This document shows positions 18,275-27,990 of a DNA stretch of 64,000 nucleotides, piece after piece (positions within the stretch are counted from its first letter, which is position 1; every line of letters begins with the position of its first letter). The translations under genes and the position numbers were made by a program. The stretch lies in NCBI GenBank assembly GCA_965261665.1, contig OZ253467.1, positions 1,217,926 through 1,281,925 on the forward strand, given 5' to 3'. The notes beneath the pieces are model-generated. The model worked only from the letters and a program-made list of their open reading frames with translations. It had not been told where the DNA came from and made no database searches. The DNA comes from Dehalococcoidia bacterium (GTDB lineage: Bacteria; Chloroflexota; Dehalococcoidia; Lucifugimonadales; GCA-2712585).

Positions 18275-18367
18275 AATTCTCCGCCTATGTTTGCAGTTTC
18301 TGCTAGTGATACGTGTTTAGTGAGCCGGTGGATTTGCACTCGGACATGGGAGCAGGCCTGCCCGGGG

Positions 18368-19930
18368 TTAGAGGGGGATGTTGCCGTGCTTCTTGGGAGG
18401 AAGGGTGTCCTTCTTGTCCTTGAGCATCTCAAGGGCGGCGATGATGCGGGGGCGGGTCTCGCTGGGGTCTATCACGTCGTCCAAGAACCCATAGCCTGCG
18501 GCCACGTAGGGGTTTGCCAGTTCTTCCTCGTACTCACGAATGAACTCAGCCCTGGTCTTCTCCGGGTCGGGGGAGTTGGCGATGGCTTCCCTGAAGATGA
18601 TGTTGACGGCACCGTCCGGCCCCATGACGGCAATTTGAACGGTGGGCCAGGCGAGGTTAACGTCGCCACCGAGGTGCTTGCTGCTCATTACGATGTAGGC
18701 GCCGCCGTAGGCCTTGCGGATCATGACGCTGACCTTGGGCACGGTGGCTTCGGCGTAGGCGTAGAGGAGCTTTGCGCCGTGTCGGATGATGCCGCCGTGC
18801 TCCTGGTCGGTCCCCGGAAGGAAGCCCGGCACGTCGATGAAGGTGACGATGGGGATGTTGAAGGCGTCGCAGAAGCGGATGAAGCGGGCGGACTTAATGG
18901 AGGCGTCGATGTCGAGGACTCCGGCGAGGTGGGAGGGCTGGTTGCCGACGAGGCCCACGGGTTTTCCGGCCATGCGGGCGAAGGCCACAACGATGTTGGG
19001 GGCGAAGCTCTGGTGCACTTCCATGAGGCCGCCTTCGTCCACCACGCGAGCCATAACCTCCCTAACGTCGTAGGCCTTGTTGGGTTCGGTCGGGACAACG
19101 TCCAAGAGGCCGGGATCGAGTCGGTCTGAAGGGTCGTAGGGTTCTTCGAAGGGGGGGTCTTCCATGTTGTTGCTGGGAAGGAAGGAGAGGAGACTTCGGA
19201 TCTCCTTCATACATTCCTCTTCGGACTCGTGGACGAAATGGGCTACGCCACTGCGGGCGGCGTGGGTGGACGCGCCGCCAAGTTCTTCGTGGGTGACCTC
19301 TTCGCCCATTACGGCTCGGATGACGTCGGGGCCGGTGATGTACATCTGGCCCACGCCTTGGACCATGAAGACGAAGTCGGTGATGCCGGGGGAGTAGACG
19401 GCGCCGCCGGCGCTGGGGCCGAGGATGGCGGAGATTTGGGGGACGACGCCGGAGGCCATGGTATTGCGGAGGAAGATGTCGCCGTAAGCGGCCAAGCTGA
19501 GAACGCCTTCCTGAATGCGTGCGCCGCCTGAGTCGTTGATGCCTATGATGGGGGCACCGACCTTCATGGCGATGTCCATGACCTTGCAGATCTTCTTGCC
19601 CACGGCCTCGGAAACGGAGCCGCCCAAAACGGTGAAGTCCTGGGCGTAGGAAAAGACAAGGCGGCCATTCACTTTGCCGTGGCCTGCAACCACTGCATCT
19701 CCGGGAGGGCGGTTCTTCTCCAGGCCGAAGCTGGTGGTGCGATGGGTAGCGAAGGGGTCGATCTCCTGGAAGGAACCCGGGTCGAAGAGCAGGTTCAGCC
19801 GCTCGCGAGCAGTGAGCTTTCCCTTGGCATGCTGCTGCTGGATGCGCCTCCGTCCCCCGCCGAGACGGGACTGGTGTCGGAGGTCATCCAGCTTCTTGAG
19901 CCGCTGGTCTGATTTGGGTTCAATGGCCAT
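18368..19930 (-). CDS. acyl-CoA carboxylase carboxyltransferase subunit (propionyl-CoA carboxylase beta / methylmalonyl-CoA carboxyltransferase family)
   Basis: 520-aa ORF with KLTARERL, INDSGGARIQEG, GPSAGGAVYSP and AYGGAYIVM motifs. Confidence 0.9.
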   Translation of the reverse strand: MAIEPKSDQRLKKLDDLRHQSRLGGGRRRIQQQHAKGKLTARERLNLLFDPGSFQEIDPFATHRTTSFGLEKNRPPGDAVVAGHGKVNGRLVFSYAQDFTVLGGSVSEAVGKKICKVMDIAMKVGAPIIGINDSGGARIQEGVLSLAAYGDIFLRNTMASGVVPQISAILGPSAGGAVYSPGITDFVFMVQGVGQMYITGPDVIRAVMGEEVTHEELGGASTHAARSGVAHFVHESEEECMKEIRSLLSFLPSNNMEDPPFEEPYDPSDRLDPGLLDVVPTEPNKAYDVREVMARVVDEGGLMEVHQSFAPNIVVAFARMAGKPVGLVGNQPSHLAGVLDIDASIKSARFIRFCDAFNIPIVTFIDVPGFLPGTDQEHGGIIRHGAKLLYAYAEATVPKVSVMIRKAYGGAYIVMSSKHLGGDVNLAWPTVQIAVMGPDGAVNIIFREAIANSPDPEKTRAEFIREYEEELANPYVAAGYGFLDDVIDPSETRPRIIAALEMLKDKKDTLPPKKHGNIPL

Positions 19931-20072
19931 GCTCGCCTCTCGGTTGAGGAATGCTATCAGATGAGTTTGGGCGGTGCAAGGAAAAGGGCGGGATGCTACA
20001 CTGACCGCCAGTGCTTATGCTGGAAAGTCTAACACAGCCCATGGGAAGTATGGCAGGAATTGAGGGGCTGCC

Positions 20073-20936
20073 TTGATTGATGAAGCGGTTGGCATTGGTG
20101 GGGCCATGATTTGCGGTGGGCGGGAGTTCCGATGGGGAAGCCGCACGTACATTATGGGGGTGGTTAACGTAACGCCGGACTCGTTTTCCGGCGATGGGAT
20201 GGCGGGCCGACTGGAGGATGCGGTGGAGCAGGCATTGTCGTTCGAGGCGCAGGGCGCGGACATCATAGACGTGGGGGCGGAGTCGACGCGACCGGGCCAT
20301 GCGCCGGTGTCGGTGGAGGAGGAGTTGTCCAGGCTGCTGCCGGTATTGGAGGGGATAGTGGCAGCCGTTTCGATTCCGGTGAGCGTGGATACTTACAAGC
20401 CGGAGGTGGCTCGGCGGGCCGTGGAGTGCGGGGCTGCCATGATTAACGACGTTTGGGGGCCAAGGGTGGGAGAAGGGATGGCAGCGGCGGCTGCGGAGGC
20501 TCGGGCGCCCCTGGTTTTGATGCACAATCAGAATGGCACGGAGTATGGAGACGTGGTGCCGGAGGTTGCAGCCAGCCTAGCAAGGGCGGCGGAGACGGCG
20601 ATGGCGGCGGGGGTTCCGAAGGAGGCGCTGATTCTGGACCCGGGCATCGGCTTCGGCAAGACGGCGGACCACAACCTGGAGATTCTAAGCCGGTTGGGGG
20701 AGTTGAAGGCTCTGGGGTATCCACTGATGGTTGGGACATCGCGAAAGTCTACGATTGGGCTGGTGCTGGACTTGCCCGTTGAGGAGCGGCTGGAGGGAAC
20801 GGCGGCTACGGTAGCGCTTGCCATAGCGGGCGGGGCGGACATTGTGCGGGTGCACGACGTTGAAGCCATGGTGCGGGTGGCGCGCATGAGCGACGCGGTG
20901 GTGCGAGGGTGGAGGCCCCAGGGTTGGAGCCGGTAA
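20073..20936 (+). CDS. folP: dihydropteroate synthase
   Basis: IMGVVNVTPDSFSGDG, ADIIDVGAESTRPG, DPGIGFGKT and GTSRKS motifs. The start is uncertain (TTG at 20073 or ATG at 20106). Confidence 0.9.
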   Translation: MIDEAVGIGGAMICGGREFRWGSRTYIMGVVNVTPDSFSGDGMAGRLEDAVEQALSFEAQGADIIDVGAESTRPGHAPVSVEEELSRLLPVLEGIVAAVSIPVSVDTYKPEVARRAVECGAAMINDVWGPRVGEGMAAAAAEARAPLVLMHNQNGTEYGDVVPEVAASLARAAETAMAAGVPKEALILDPGIGFGKTADHNLEILSRLGELKALGYPLMVGTSRKSTIGLVLDLPVEERLEGTAATVALAIAGGADIVRVHDVEAMVRVARMSDAVVRGWRPQGWSR

Positions 20937-21439
20937 GGGTTTATTTGGGGTTGGGGTCGAACCTGGGAGACCGGCTGGCTAACCTTGAGCGGGGCCTGCA
21001 GATTCTGGGGAAGCGGGTGAGGTTAGTGAAAGTGTCTTCGATTTATGAGACGGAGCCGTGGGGGTTTGTGGAGCAGCCGGCATTTTTGAATTGCGTTGTT
21101 GAGGGCTTTTCGACGGTTTCGCCGGGGGGGTTGTTGGAGATTATCAAGGAGACGGAGCGGCTGGTGGGGCGGGAGGCTACTTTTCCCGGGGGGCCGCGGG
21201 TCTTTGACGCGGACTTGTTATTCTACGGCGACCGGACTGTGGACTTGCCCCATCTGAAAGTGCCGCATCCGCGGATACCGGAGCGGGCCTTTGTGCTCGT
21301 GCCTATGGCGGAGATTGCGGCTGATTTGTTGCATCCTACGTTGGAAGTGACGGTGGAAACGCTTACGGCGCGGGTTCAGGGTCGGGCGGGGGTACGTTGG
21401 TACGGGCGACCGCCGGAATTGCCGGGGACGATGGGCTAG
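20909..21439 (+). CDS. folK: 2-amino-4-hydroxy-6-hydroxymethyldihydropteridine diphosphokinase
   Basis: VYLGLGSNLGDR...SSIYETEPWG...DADLLFYGD...PHPR motifs. It overlaps the folP stop. The start is GTG at 20909 or TTG at 20924. Confidence 0.85.
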   Translation: MEAPGLEPVRVYLGLGSNLGDRLANLERGLQILGKRVRLVKVSSIYETEPWGFVEQPAFLNCVVEGFSTVSPGGLLEIIKETERLVGREATFPGGPRVFDADLLFYGDRTVDLPHLKVPHPRIPERAFVLVPMAEIAADLLHPTLEVTVETLTARVQGRAGVRWYGRPPELPGTMG

Positions 21440-21445
21440 GACCGG

Positions 21446-21631
21446 CTAGATGGTGCGCAGGTGGGGAGGGAGGAGGTTGGGGATAGAGTCGCGGATGGGG
21501 TAGGTCTCGCTGCACTTCCCGCACGTCAGGGAGCCGGTGACGATGCGCTCGTCTCGTTCTTCTTCCACCTTCAGGTTGAGCCGGCCCTTGCATTGAGGGC
21601 AGGCGAGGATGTCCATGATTTCTCTTCTCAT
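21446..21631 (-). CDS. Trm112/UPF0434-family small zinc-ribbon protein
   Basis: 61-aa ORF: ILACPQCKG...LTCGKCSETYPIRDSIPNLL. Confidence 0.75.
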   Translation of the reverse strand: MRREIMDILACPQCKGRLNLKVEEERDERIVTGSLTCGKCSETYPIRDSIPNLLPPHLRTI

Positions 21632-21664
21632 TTGAGTTCCTTCGGATTGTTATATGGGCGGGGA

Positions 21665-22126
21665 TCAGCCTTTGAGGCCCTGTTCGAAGAGGGAGCTGAG
21701 GACGTCGGCCAGGAGAAGTACGATGACTCCCAGAATCACGACGGCGGTGGCGTTTGAGATGGCGGGCAACCATCGGCGGGAGGGCGGCGCAGCGTCCTTG
21801 GAGCGGCGGGACGGGAGGAATCTTACCAGGTAAAACATGCAGAAGGCCAGGAAGATTTTCACGGCCAGCACGGCTACGTAGGGCACGCCGATGAAGCCGG
21901 AGGTGATGCGGTGGAAGGTGAGGACGGCGCCGGTGACCAGCAGGATGCCAAAGGCGGTGTTGACGAGGGAGAGGTAGTCTTGGCCGGGATTGGGGGTGTC
22001 CTGGGGAGAGCGGCGAAGGCGGGGACGGAGGATGAGAAGGTAGTAGATGCCGCCGCCTACCCATGCCACGGCTGCGATGTTGTGGAGCCAGCGCATGACC
22101 AGAAAGAGGACGTCGTTAAGGCTCAT
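21665..22126 (-). CDS. hypothetical integral membrane protein (about 4 TM)
   Basis: The hydrophobic portion of ORF 21665..22345 begins at the ATG at 22126 (MSLNDVLFLVMRWLHNIAAVAWVGGG...). It overlaps the upstream stop by 11 nt. Confidence 0.55.
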   Translation of the reverse strand: MSLNDVLFLVMRWLHNIAAVAWVGGGIYYLLILRPRLRRSPQDTPNPGQDYLSLVNTAFGILLVTGAVLTFHRITSGFIGVPYVAVLAVKIFLAFCMFYLVRFLPSRRSKDAAPPSRRWLPAISNATAVVILGVIVLLLADVLSSLFEQGLKG

Positions 22127-23402
22127 GGGTGATTTCGGAGTGGGGCGCTTGTTCGGGAACCTCATCGGTTGGGTCGTCGTCCAAGAGTCCCTTGGCGTAG
22201 GAGATGAGTTTCTCACGCCGCCGTGAATCGGTGTTGCGGCTTTCCAGATAGTGGGAGAGTGCGGTGATGGTGTTGAGGTTTCGTGCGGCGTCGGCGGGGA
22301 GGCGGGCGCGGCGTTCGTCGGTGACCTGGGGTTGGATGGAGGCAACGTGGTGGGCGGCGCTGAGGGCTTCGCGGATTTCGCCCATTCTGAGTTGGATGGA
22401 CTGCTCTGCGGTCAGGGAGATGCGGAGTCGGACGATGGCGTCGGCGACGTTGCTGCGTTGGATTGCGCGGAGGACTTGTTTTGTGGGGTCTGGGGTGCTG
22501 GGGGGAAGGTCGACGTCGATGGTGGTGAAGGTCCGGGCGTCTACGGTCTGGAACCGGAAGCCATTTTTGCCAACTCGTTTGCCGACGGGAGCATCGGGAT
22601 CGATGTCCACGACGCAGAAGCCTTTGGTGTCGTTTTCTTCGCCAAAGTCCACTCGCTGAAGGCTGCCGGCGTAGACCATGAGGGGATTCTCCCGCACGAC
22701 CTGGTGCTTGTGGATGTGGCCGAGGGCCACGTAGTCGTAGGCGGGCAGATGGAGGTCGCTGGGGCGGAGCTTGTGATCCTGGCCGAGCATCATGGCGCGT
22801 TCGGATCCGAGCTGAGCGCCGTCGACGGATACGTGGGCGGCGAGGATGGCGGGGACGTTGGGGTCGATACGCTGGGCGGCAGCGCGGATGCCCTGGGCGA
22901 GGAGGGCTTCGAGTCTCTTGTTTACCTGTTCGATGGAGAGGCCGCGGGTGTCCTCGCGGGTGAGGAGGGCACTGCGCTTGGGCCAGGGGAGGGCGGTTAT
23001 CTGGAGGGGGCCGCTTGGGGTCTCGACGAGATAGGTCTTGATTTCGTCGCCGACGTAGAGGCGGGGAACTTCCAGGGTGTTGAAGATTTCTATGGCGGTG
23101 GCGCGGCCCATGGCGTTGGGCAGGTCGTGGTTGCCGACGAGGAGGAAGATGGGGATGCCGGCGGCGGATAGGGCTGACAGCCGACGGGCGAATTCCCGCT
23201 GCTGGGTCTGGTTGGGGTCGCGGCTCTTGTAGGCGTCACCGGCGAGGAGAACGAGGTCGGCCTTATGGGAGATGGCGTATTCGACAAGCTGGTCGAGGGC
23301 TGAGAGGAAGTCGAGGAGGCGGGTGGAGAGGCCAGTTTCGGGGTCGGTGCGGCTGTAGTTTTCGACGCCTATGTGGAGGTCGGCAAAGTGGATGATACGC
23401 AT
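22116..23402 (-). CDS. Mre11/SbcD-type metallophosphoesterase DNA-repair exonuclease
   Basis: MRIIHFADLHIG, AGDAYK, LVGNHD and ALGHIHK motifs. No SbcC/Rad50-like partner is adjacent. Confidence 0.8.
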   Translation of the reverse strand: MRIIHFADLHIGVENYSRTDPETGLSTRLLDFLSALDQLVEYAISHKADLVLLAGDAYKSRDPNQTQQREFARRLSALSAAGIPIFLLVGNHDLPNAMGRATAIEIFNTLEVPRLYVGDEIKTYLVETPSGPLQITALPWPKRSALLTREDTRGLSIEQVNKRLEALLAQGIRAAAQRIDPNVPAILAAHVSVDGAQLGSERAMMLGQDHKLRPSDLHLPAYDYVALGHIHKHQVVRENPLMVYAGSLQRVDFGEENDTKGFCVVDIDPDAPVGKRVGKNGFRFQTVDARTFTTIDVDLPPSTPDPTKQVLRAIQRSNVADAIVRLRISLTAEQSIQLRMGEIREALSAAHHVASIQPQVTDERRARLPADAARNLNTITALSHYLESRNTDSRRREKLISYAKGLLDDDPTDEVPEQAPHSEITHEP

Positions 23403-23405
23403 GGG

Positions 23406-24746
23406 CTACCAGCCATGACGCAGCTTGTCTTCGATGGCGGGGACTATCCGGTTGATGGGGATGCGGAGTTGGATCATGGTGTCGCGGTCGCGGAGGGTGA
23501 CCTGTTCGTCGTCGAGGGTGTCGAAGTCCACGGTGACGCAGAAGGGGGTGCCGATTTCGTCCTGGCGACGGTAGCGGCGTCCGATGCTCTGGGCGTCGTC
23601 GAAGAGGGTGTTGAAGTGCTGGCGGATGAGCCCGTCGACGCGGCGGGCGGTGGGCACGAGGCGCTGGTTGCGGCTGAGGGGGAGGACGGCGACGGTGACG
23701 GGGGCCAGCGAACGGTGGAGGCGAAGCAGGTTTCGGGTTTCGGTTTTGCCCGTGGGCTTGGCGGGAGGAACGGTTTCCTCTTTGTAGGCGTCGATGAGGA
23801 AGACCAGGGCGGCCCGGTCTGCGCCGCAGGAGGGTTCGATTACGTAGGGGTAGAATCGTTCCTTGGTTTGGTCGTCGAAGTAGGTGAGGTCCTGTCCGCT
23901 GTGCTCGGCGTGCTGGCGGAGGTCGAAGTCGGTGCGGTTGGCGATTCCCTCCAGTTCGGCCCAACCCCAGGGGAAGCGGTATTCGATATCGTAGACTTCC
24001 TTGGCGTAGTGGGCGAGCTCGTCGGACTCGTGCTTGCGGAGGCGGAGGTTGTTCCGGTCGACGCCGAGGGATACGAACCATTCCAAACGCTGTTCAACCC
24101 AGTATTGGAGCCAATCGTCGTCGTCGCCGGGCTTGACGAAGAACTCCAACTCCATGATTTCGAACTCGCGGGTGCGGAAGGTGGAGTTGCCGGGGGTAAT
24201 TTCGTTGCGGAAGGCCTTGCCGATCTGGGCGATGCCGAAGGGGAGCTTGCGGCGGGCGCTGTTGAGGACGTTTTTGAAGTTGACGTAGATGCCCTGGGCG
24301 GTTTCGGGCCGGAGGTAGATTTCGGAGGCGGTGTCTTCGACGGCGCCCATGAAGGTCTTGAACATGAGGTTGAATTGTCGAGGGTCGGTGAGTTCGCCTT
24401 GGCAGTTGGGGCAGGCTTGGGAGTCGACGTGGTCGGCGCGGAATCGCTGGTGGCAGGAACGGCACTCGACGAGGGGATCGGTGAAGTTGCCGAGGTGTCC
24501 GCTGGCCTGCCAGGTGTCGGGATGCATGAGGATGGCGGCGTCGAAGGCGACGGTGTCGTCGCGGAGTTGAAGCATGGAGCGCCACCAGGCGTCTTTGACG
24601 TTGCGCTTGAGTTGGGCGCCGAGGGGGCCGTAGTCCCAGGTGGCGTTGAGGCCGCCGTAGATTTCGCTGCTCTGGAAGAGGAAGCCGCGGCGCTTGGCGA
24701 GGGAGAGGAGCTTGTCCATGGTGACGGGCTGGGGGTTGGTAGGCAA
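23406..24746 (-). CDS. glyQS: glycine--tRNA ligase (class II, dimeric GlyQS type)
   Basis: 446-aa ORF: LAKRRGFLFQSSEIYGGLNATWDYGPLG..., FRNEITPG..., and a C-terminal anticodon-binding domain. Confidence 0.9.
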   Translation of the reverse strand: MPTNPQPVTMDKLLSLAKRRGFLFQSSEIYGGLNATWDYGPLGAQLKRNVKDAWWRSMLQLRDDTVAFDAAILMHPDTWQASGHLGNFTDPLVECRSCHQRFRADHVDSQACPNCQGELTDPRQFNLMFKTFMGAVEDTASEIYLRPETAQGIYVNFKNVLNSARRKLPFGIAQIGKAFRNEITPGNSTFRTREFEIMELEFFVKPGDDDDWLQYWVEQRLEWFVSLGVDRNNLRLRKHESDELAHYAKEVYDIEYRFPWGWAELEGIANRTDFDLRQHAEHSGQDLTYFDDQTKERFYPYVIEPSCGADRAALVFLIDAYKEETVPPAKPTGKTETRNLLRLHRSLAPVTVAVLPLSRNQRLVPTARRVDGLIRQHFNTLFDDAQSIGRRYRRQDEIGTPFCVTVDFDTLDDEQVTLRDRDTMIQLRIPINRIVPAIEDKLRHGW

Positions 24747-24835
24747 GGCGTATCCCCTGTGTTTGAAGGTGGATTCAGGGTATCAAGCGGGTTGTTGGGT
24801 GTAAAGGGGAGGGAGACGCGAGGGCGGCGGATTTG

Positions 24836-24864
24836 TTGACAGTGGGGGTAGGGTTGCTTAGGCT
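24836..24864 (+). promoter_or_regulatory. candidate sigma70-type promoter for the tRNA
   Basis: TTGACA (24836-24841), a 17-nt spacer, then TAGGCT (24859-24864), ending 9 nt before the tRNA 5' end. Confidence 0.4.
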
Positions 24865-24873
24865 ATGAGGGTT

Positions 24874-24948
24874 GGGCCCGTAGCTCAGCGGTAGAGCGTC
24901 CGGCTCATAACCGGTTGGTCGTAGGTTCGAACCCTGCCGGGCCCACCA
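24874..24948 (+). tRNA. tRNA with CAU anticodon (elongator Met or Ile2/lysidine type), CCA encoded
   Basis: Hand-folded cloverleaf. The acceptor is GGGCCCG/CGGGCCC and the D arm is GCTC-agcggta-GAGC. The anticodon loop is CTCATAA and the T arm is GTAGG-ttcgaac-CCTGC. The G1:C72 pair excludes an initiator. C4:G69 and C5:G68 resemble tRNA-Ile2. Confidence 0.9.
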
Positions 24949-25160
24949 AACTGGATAAAATTAAGAACTATCACATTGAGGTTCAGTTTAGACCTATGAT
25001 GCGAGGCTCAGATTGGCCAAGCTATGAATAAGTTGAACCGACGGTCGGGAAAGGTCACAGATTGACCTTCAACGGCCTCAATACTAGGATTAGCCATGAG
25101 TTCGCTTGCGACAGATTATCGGACGTACGATTCATACATGCCTGAGACCGCGACTTTGAC

Positions 25161-26585
25161 GTGCGAAGGGGTCGCCGAGGTTCTGAAGGACGTTACAGCC
25201 CGGAGATCACTTTGAGTGTTGTGGATCTCAGCCGCGTGTACGAACTACAGATTGACGACGGCGACAACCGCCTCGGCGCGACGCGCGCAGCACTGGGCGC
25301 AAACTTGGATTTCCACGGCACGGACGGCAGCTACGGCTCCCACGCTTGGCACCCCTTCCCCGCGAAGTTCCCGCCGCAGTTGCCGGAGTTCATGATCCGC
25401 CATCTCTCAGACCCCGGAGACCTCGTTTTCGACCCAATGGTTGGCTCTGGGACTACGCTCGTCGAAGCCGTACGGCTCGGACGTCGAGCCGTTGGCTGCG
25501 ATATCGACCCGTTGGCGCGAATGATTACAGCAGCCAAGTTGACCCCGATTGACCCGTTTGCCGTCCTATGGGAGGGAAACGGGATCATAGCTGGTGCTAG
25601 TGACGACTATCACCGATTCCGTTGGAGGCTGGAAAGGGACTTTAGTCTGCGGTTCGACTCGAGGACAGAGCAGTTCATCCACTACTGGTTCCCGCCGCAG
25701 CAACAGCTTGAACTTCTTGCTCTAGTGCAGCGCATCGAAGCGCTGCCCAAGGGAGGCACTCGAGACTTCCTCAAGGTCGTATTCTCATCAACCATCATTG
25801 CCAAATCTGGCGGAGTATCTCTGGCGCGAGACCTAGCACACACCCGTCCTCACAGAGACACAGAAAAAACGCCAAAATCGGCCTTCGTAGAGTTTGGTAA
25901 GCGCCTACAGCGAAATGTGGCGGCTTTCGCCAAGAACAAGCTGACCGACAACATGATACCCTCCCGTCTCAGCGGGGCCGGTGAGGCTCGGGTATCTGCT
26001 CCCTTTATATCCATACACGCCGCAAGCGCTGCTGACACTGGCCTGCCGCCAGCTAGTGTAGACCTGATCGTGACATCGCCACCCTATGCGAACAATGCTA
26101 TCGACTATATGCGCGCGCACAAGTTCTCGCTAGTGTGGTTTGACTGGAAGATCGCCGACCTTGCCCGGATTCGCGCTCAATATGTAGGGCACGATGCGAT
26201 AGCTGGTCTGCGCTGCGACGGGCTGCCCAGTCAATGCGAAGAAACATTGGCAAAACTGGCGGAGCGTGACGAACGGAAGGCACTGGTATTGCGTCGCTAC
26301 TTCGAGGAGATGAAGACCGTGATTTGGGAGATGCTGCGAGTGTTGAAAAGAGGTAGGCCGGTTGTGATAGTCGTAGGGTCCTCGAGGTTACGAGGCTTGG
26401 ACGTAGAGACACATAAGGGACTCGCCGCCATTGGCGAAAATGCAGGTTTCATCCTAGCCGGAATTGGCACCCGCTTACTTGATCGGGACAAACGGATGAT
26501 GCCAGCGCGATGGGGCCGGCTACAGCAGTCACAGATCGAAGAGCGCATGTACAAAGAGTACGTGCTTGGATTTGTGAAGCCGTAA
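25161..26585 (+). CDS. DNA methyltransferase with SPPY catalytic motif (N4-cytosine/N6-adenine class, motif I before motif IV)
   Basis: Motif I is VFDPMVGSGTTLVEA at about residue 95. Motif IV is DLIVTSPPYANNAIDY at about residue 300. The stop overlaps the start of the downstream endonuclease (TAATG). The 5' start is uncertain. Confidence 0.8.
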   Translation: MRRGRRGSEGRYSPEITLSVVDLSRVYELQIDDGDNRLGATRAALGANLDFHGTDGSYGSHAWHPFPAKFPPQLPEFMIRHLSDPGDLVFDPMVGSGTTLVEAVRLGRRAVGCDIDPLARMITAAKLTPIDPFAVLWEGNGIIAGASDDYHRFRWRLERDFSLRFDSRTEQFIHYWFPPQQQLELLALVQRIEALPKGGTRDFLKVVFSSTIIAKSGGVSLARDLAHTRPHRDTEKTPKSAFVEFGKRLQRNVAAFAKNKLTDNMIPSRLSGAGEARVSAPFISIHAASAADTGLPPASVDLIVTSPPYANNAIDYMRAHKFSLVWFDWKIADLARIRAQYVGHDAIAGLRCDGLPSQCEETLAKLAERDERKALVLRRYFEEMKTVIWEMLRVLKRGRPVVIVVGSSRLRGLDVETHKGLAAIGENAGFILAGIGTRLLDRDKRMMPARWGRLQQSQIEERMYKEYVLGFVKP

Positions 26586-27421
26586 TGACAGGCAGGATCG
26601 AAGCTCTCAGACAGAATTATCACCGTCGAATTTGTAGTGAAGTGTTGAGGTTGCCTGCGTCAGGAATTCCTAGCAACGCCGATAAAGGAAGTACTTCGAG
26701 TGTCCGAATCGCTAAGGGTATTGTAGAGAACATTGGGCTTCCGCTGAAATCCGAAAGATTGCCAGGACAGACGGCGGGGCGTCGGTTCGAGGATGAGACA
26801 AGGCGCTTCTTGTGCGACGCATTTGGATTACTTTCTCATTTACGCCCGGGGAAATGGGATTTCTCGCTGGGCGGAGACATACGTGACTATGAGCAATACC
26901 TGCATTTGTCCGATGTGCGACGAGTAGTCGAACAGCATGAGGAGTTGCGTGTCATCTTCGGCGACTATATTGTCACGCCTGACATTGTTGTTTGCCGAGA
27001 GCCGGTTACAGATTCAGAGATCAACGAGAGCGAAGCCCTACTGAATGACGACGCCGTGGCTACCTACACGCCACTGCGACGCGTAAATTCGCAAGCGAAG
27101 ATCCTGCATGCGAGCGTGTCCTGCAAATGGACGATTCGCAGCGACCGGTCTCAAAACGCACGTACAGAGGGTCTGAACCTTGTGCGTAACCGAAAAGGCA
27201 AGACGCCGCATATAGTCGTCGTCGTAGGGGAACCTCTGCCTGGACGAATTGCGTCGCTTGCCTTTGGCACGGGTGATATCGACTGCATCTACCATTTCGC
27301 CCTGAGGGAACTGAGGGCCGCAGCTATGGATTGCGATTCGGACGCTGACATGTTGGACACACTCGTCACTGGCAGGAGGCTACGCGATATCAGTGACTTG
27401 CCATTTGACTTGGCTGCCTGA
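26585..27421 (+). CDS. type II restriction endonuclease, NgoMIV/Cfr10I-like
   Basis: 278 aa from the ATG at 26585. Along its length it resembles my recollection of R.NgoMIV: SERLPGQT, YIVTPDIVV, LHASVSCKWTIRSDRSQNARTEGLNLVRNRKG, PHIVVV, GTGDIDCIYHFAL, RLRDISDLPFDLA. This needs a REBASE/BLAST check. Confidence 0.7.
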   Translation: MTGRIEALRQNYHRRICSEVLRLPASGIPSNADKGSTSSVRIAKGIVENIGLPLKSERLPGQTAGRRFEDETRRFLCDAFGLLSHLRPGKWDFSLGGDIRDYEQYLHLSDVRRVVEQHEELRVIFGDYIVTPDIVVCREPVTDSEINESEALLNDDAVATYTPLRRVNSQAKILHASVSCKWTIRSDRSQNARTEGLNLVRNRKGKTPHIVVVVGEPLPGRIASLAFGTGDIDCIYHFALRELRAAAMDCDSDADMLDTLVTGRRLRDISDLPFDLAA

Positions 27422-27753
27422 GCTTCCAACTGTGCCCTGCTTTTCTTAGAGTGTGTCTAATAAATCCCTTTGTTACCCCGAGCGCTCCATGTCACCTTGA
27501 GTGAAGCCGAAGGGTCTGGAGTTGGAGGGGCGGACTTCGTTGCCTAACAGACGTTTATGCTTCGCTCCACCGACGCCCTTTTTAGACACCCTCTTAGATC
27601 GTGATACGTACTTGGCTGTACGCAGGCTGTTAGAGAAATGCTGCGGGTATATTGGAGTAGTGCTGGGAATTCTTAACGGCGGGTGATTCTTTGGGGGATG
27701 GGATGGGGGGATGGGTGTTGCGGAGGGGGATTGTGTGCTGGCATAATGCTGTC

Positions 27754-27990
27754 ATGCCGGTTCAGATTACGATAAGGAATGTTCCAGAGGAAGTTAGGGA
27801 CGAGCTCGCCGCTCTCGCCGCACTTAAACGTCAGTCGATGCAGGAATTCTTGCGAGGCGAGTTGGAACGCATCGCGTCAAGACCTTCCATCGACACATGG
27901 CTGCAAGTCGTCCGTGAGCGGAAGGCGGTATACAAAACACGGGTGACGTCGGACGACATACTGGGTGCACGCGACGAAGACCGGAAGTGA
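27754..27990 (+). CDS. vapB: VapB/FitA-like ribbon-helix-helix antitoxin
   Basis: MPVQITIRNVPEEVRDELAALAALKRQSMQEFLRGELERIA. It overlaps vapC by 4 nt (GTGA). Confidence 0.75.
   Translation: MPVQITIRNVPEEVRDELAALAALKRQSMQEFLRGELERIASRPSIDTWLQVVRERKAVYKTRVTSDDILGARDEDRK

Noticed and set aside
22116-23402. The SbcD-like nuclease without an adjacent SbcC could be part of a novel defence module.
   Set aside because: Its neighbours are a small membrane protein, Trm112 and GlyRS, with no ATPase or other defence-type partner. A solitary Mre11-family phosphoesterase is not unusual.
23373-24839. Long antisense ORFs lie opposite well-supported genes. They are 23373..24839, 16847..17866, 18287..19129, 22251..23171, 53217..54305, 32623..33528, 33101..34186, 36529..37407, 9592..10191, 45511..47148 and 40923..41612.
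   Set aside because: These are typical high-GC shadow ORFs. Each fully overlaps a gene with clear conserved motifs on the other strand. Their translations are Arg/Pro/Gly/Ala-rich low-complexity sequence.
24874-24948. The tRNA(CAU) could be the initiator tRNA-fMet.
   Set aside because: It has a normal G1:C72 pair and lacks the three consecutive G:C pairs at the base of the anticodon stem, so it is an elongator Met or Ile2 type.
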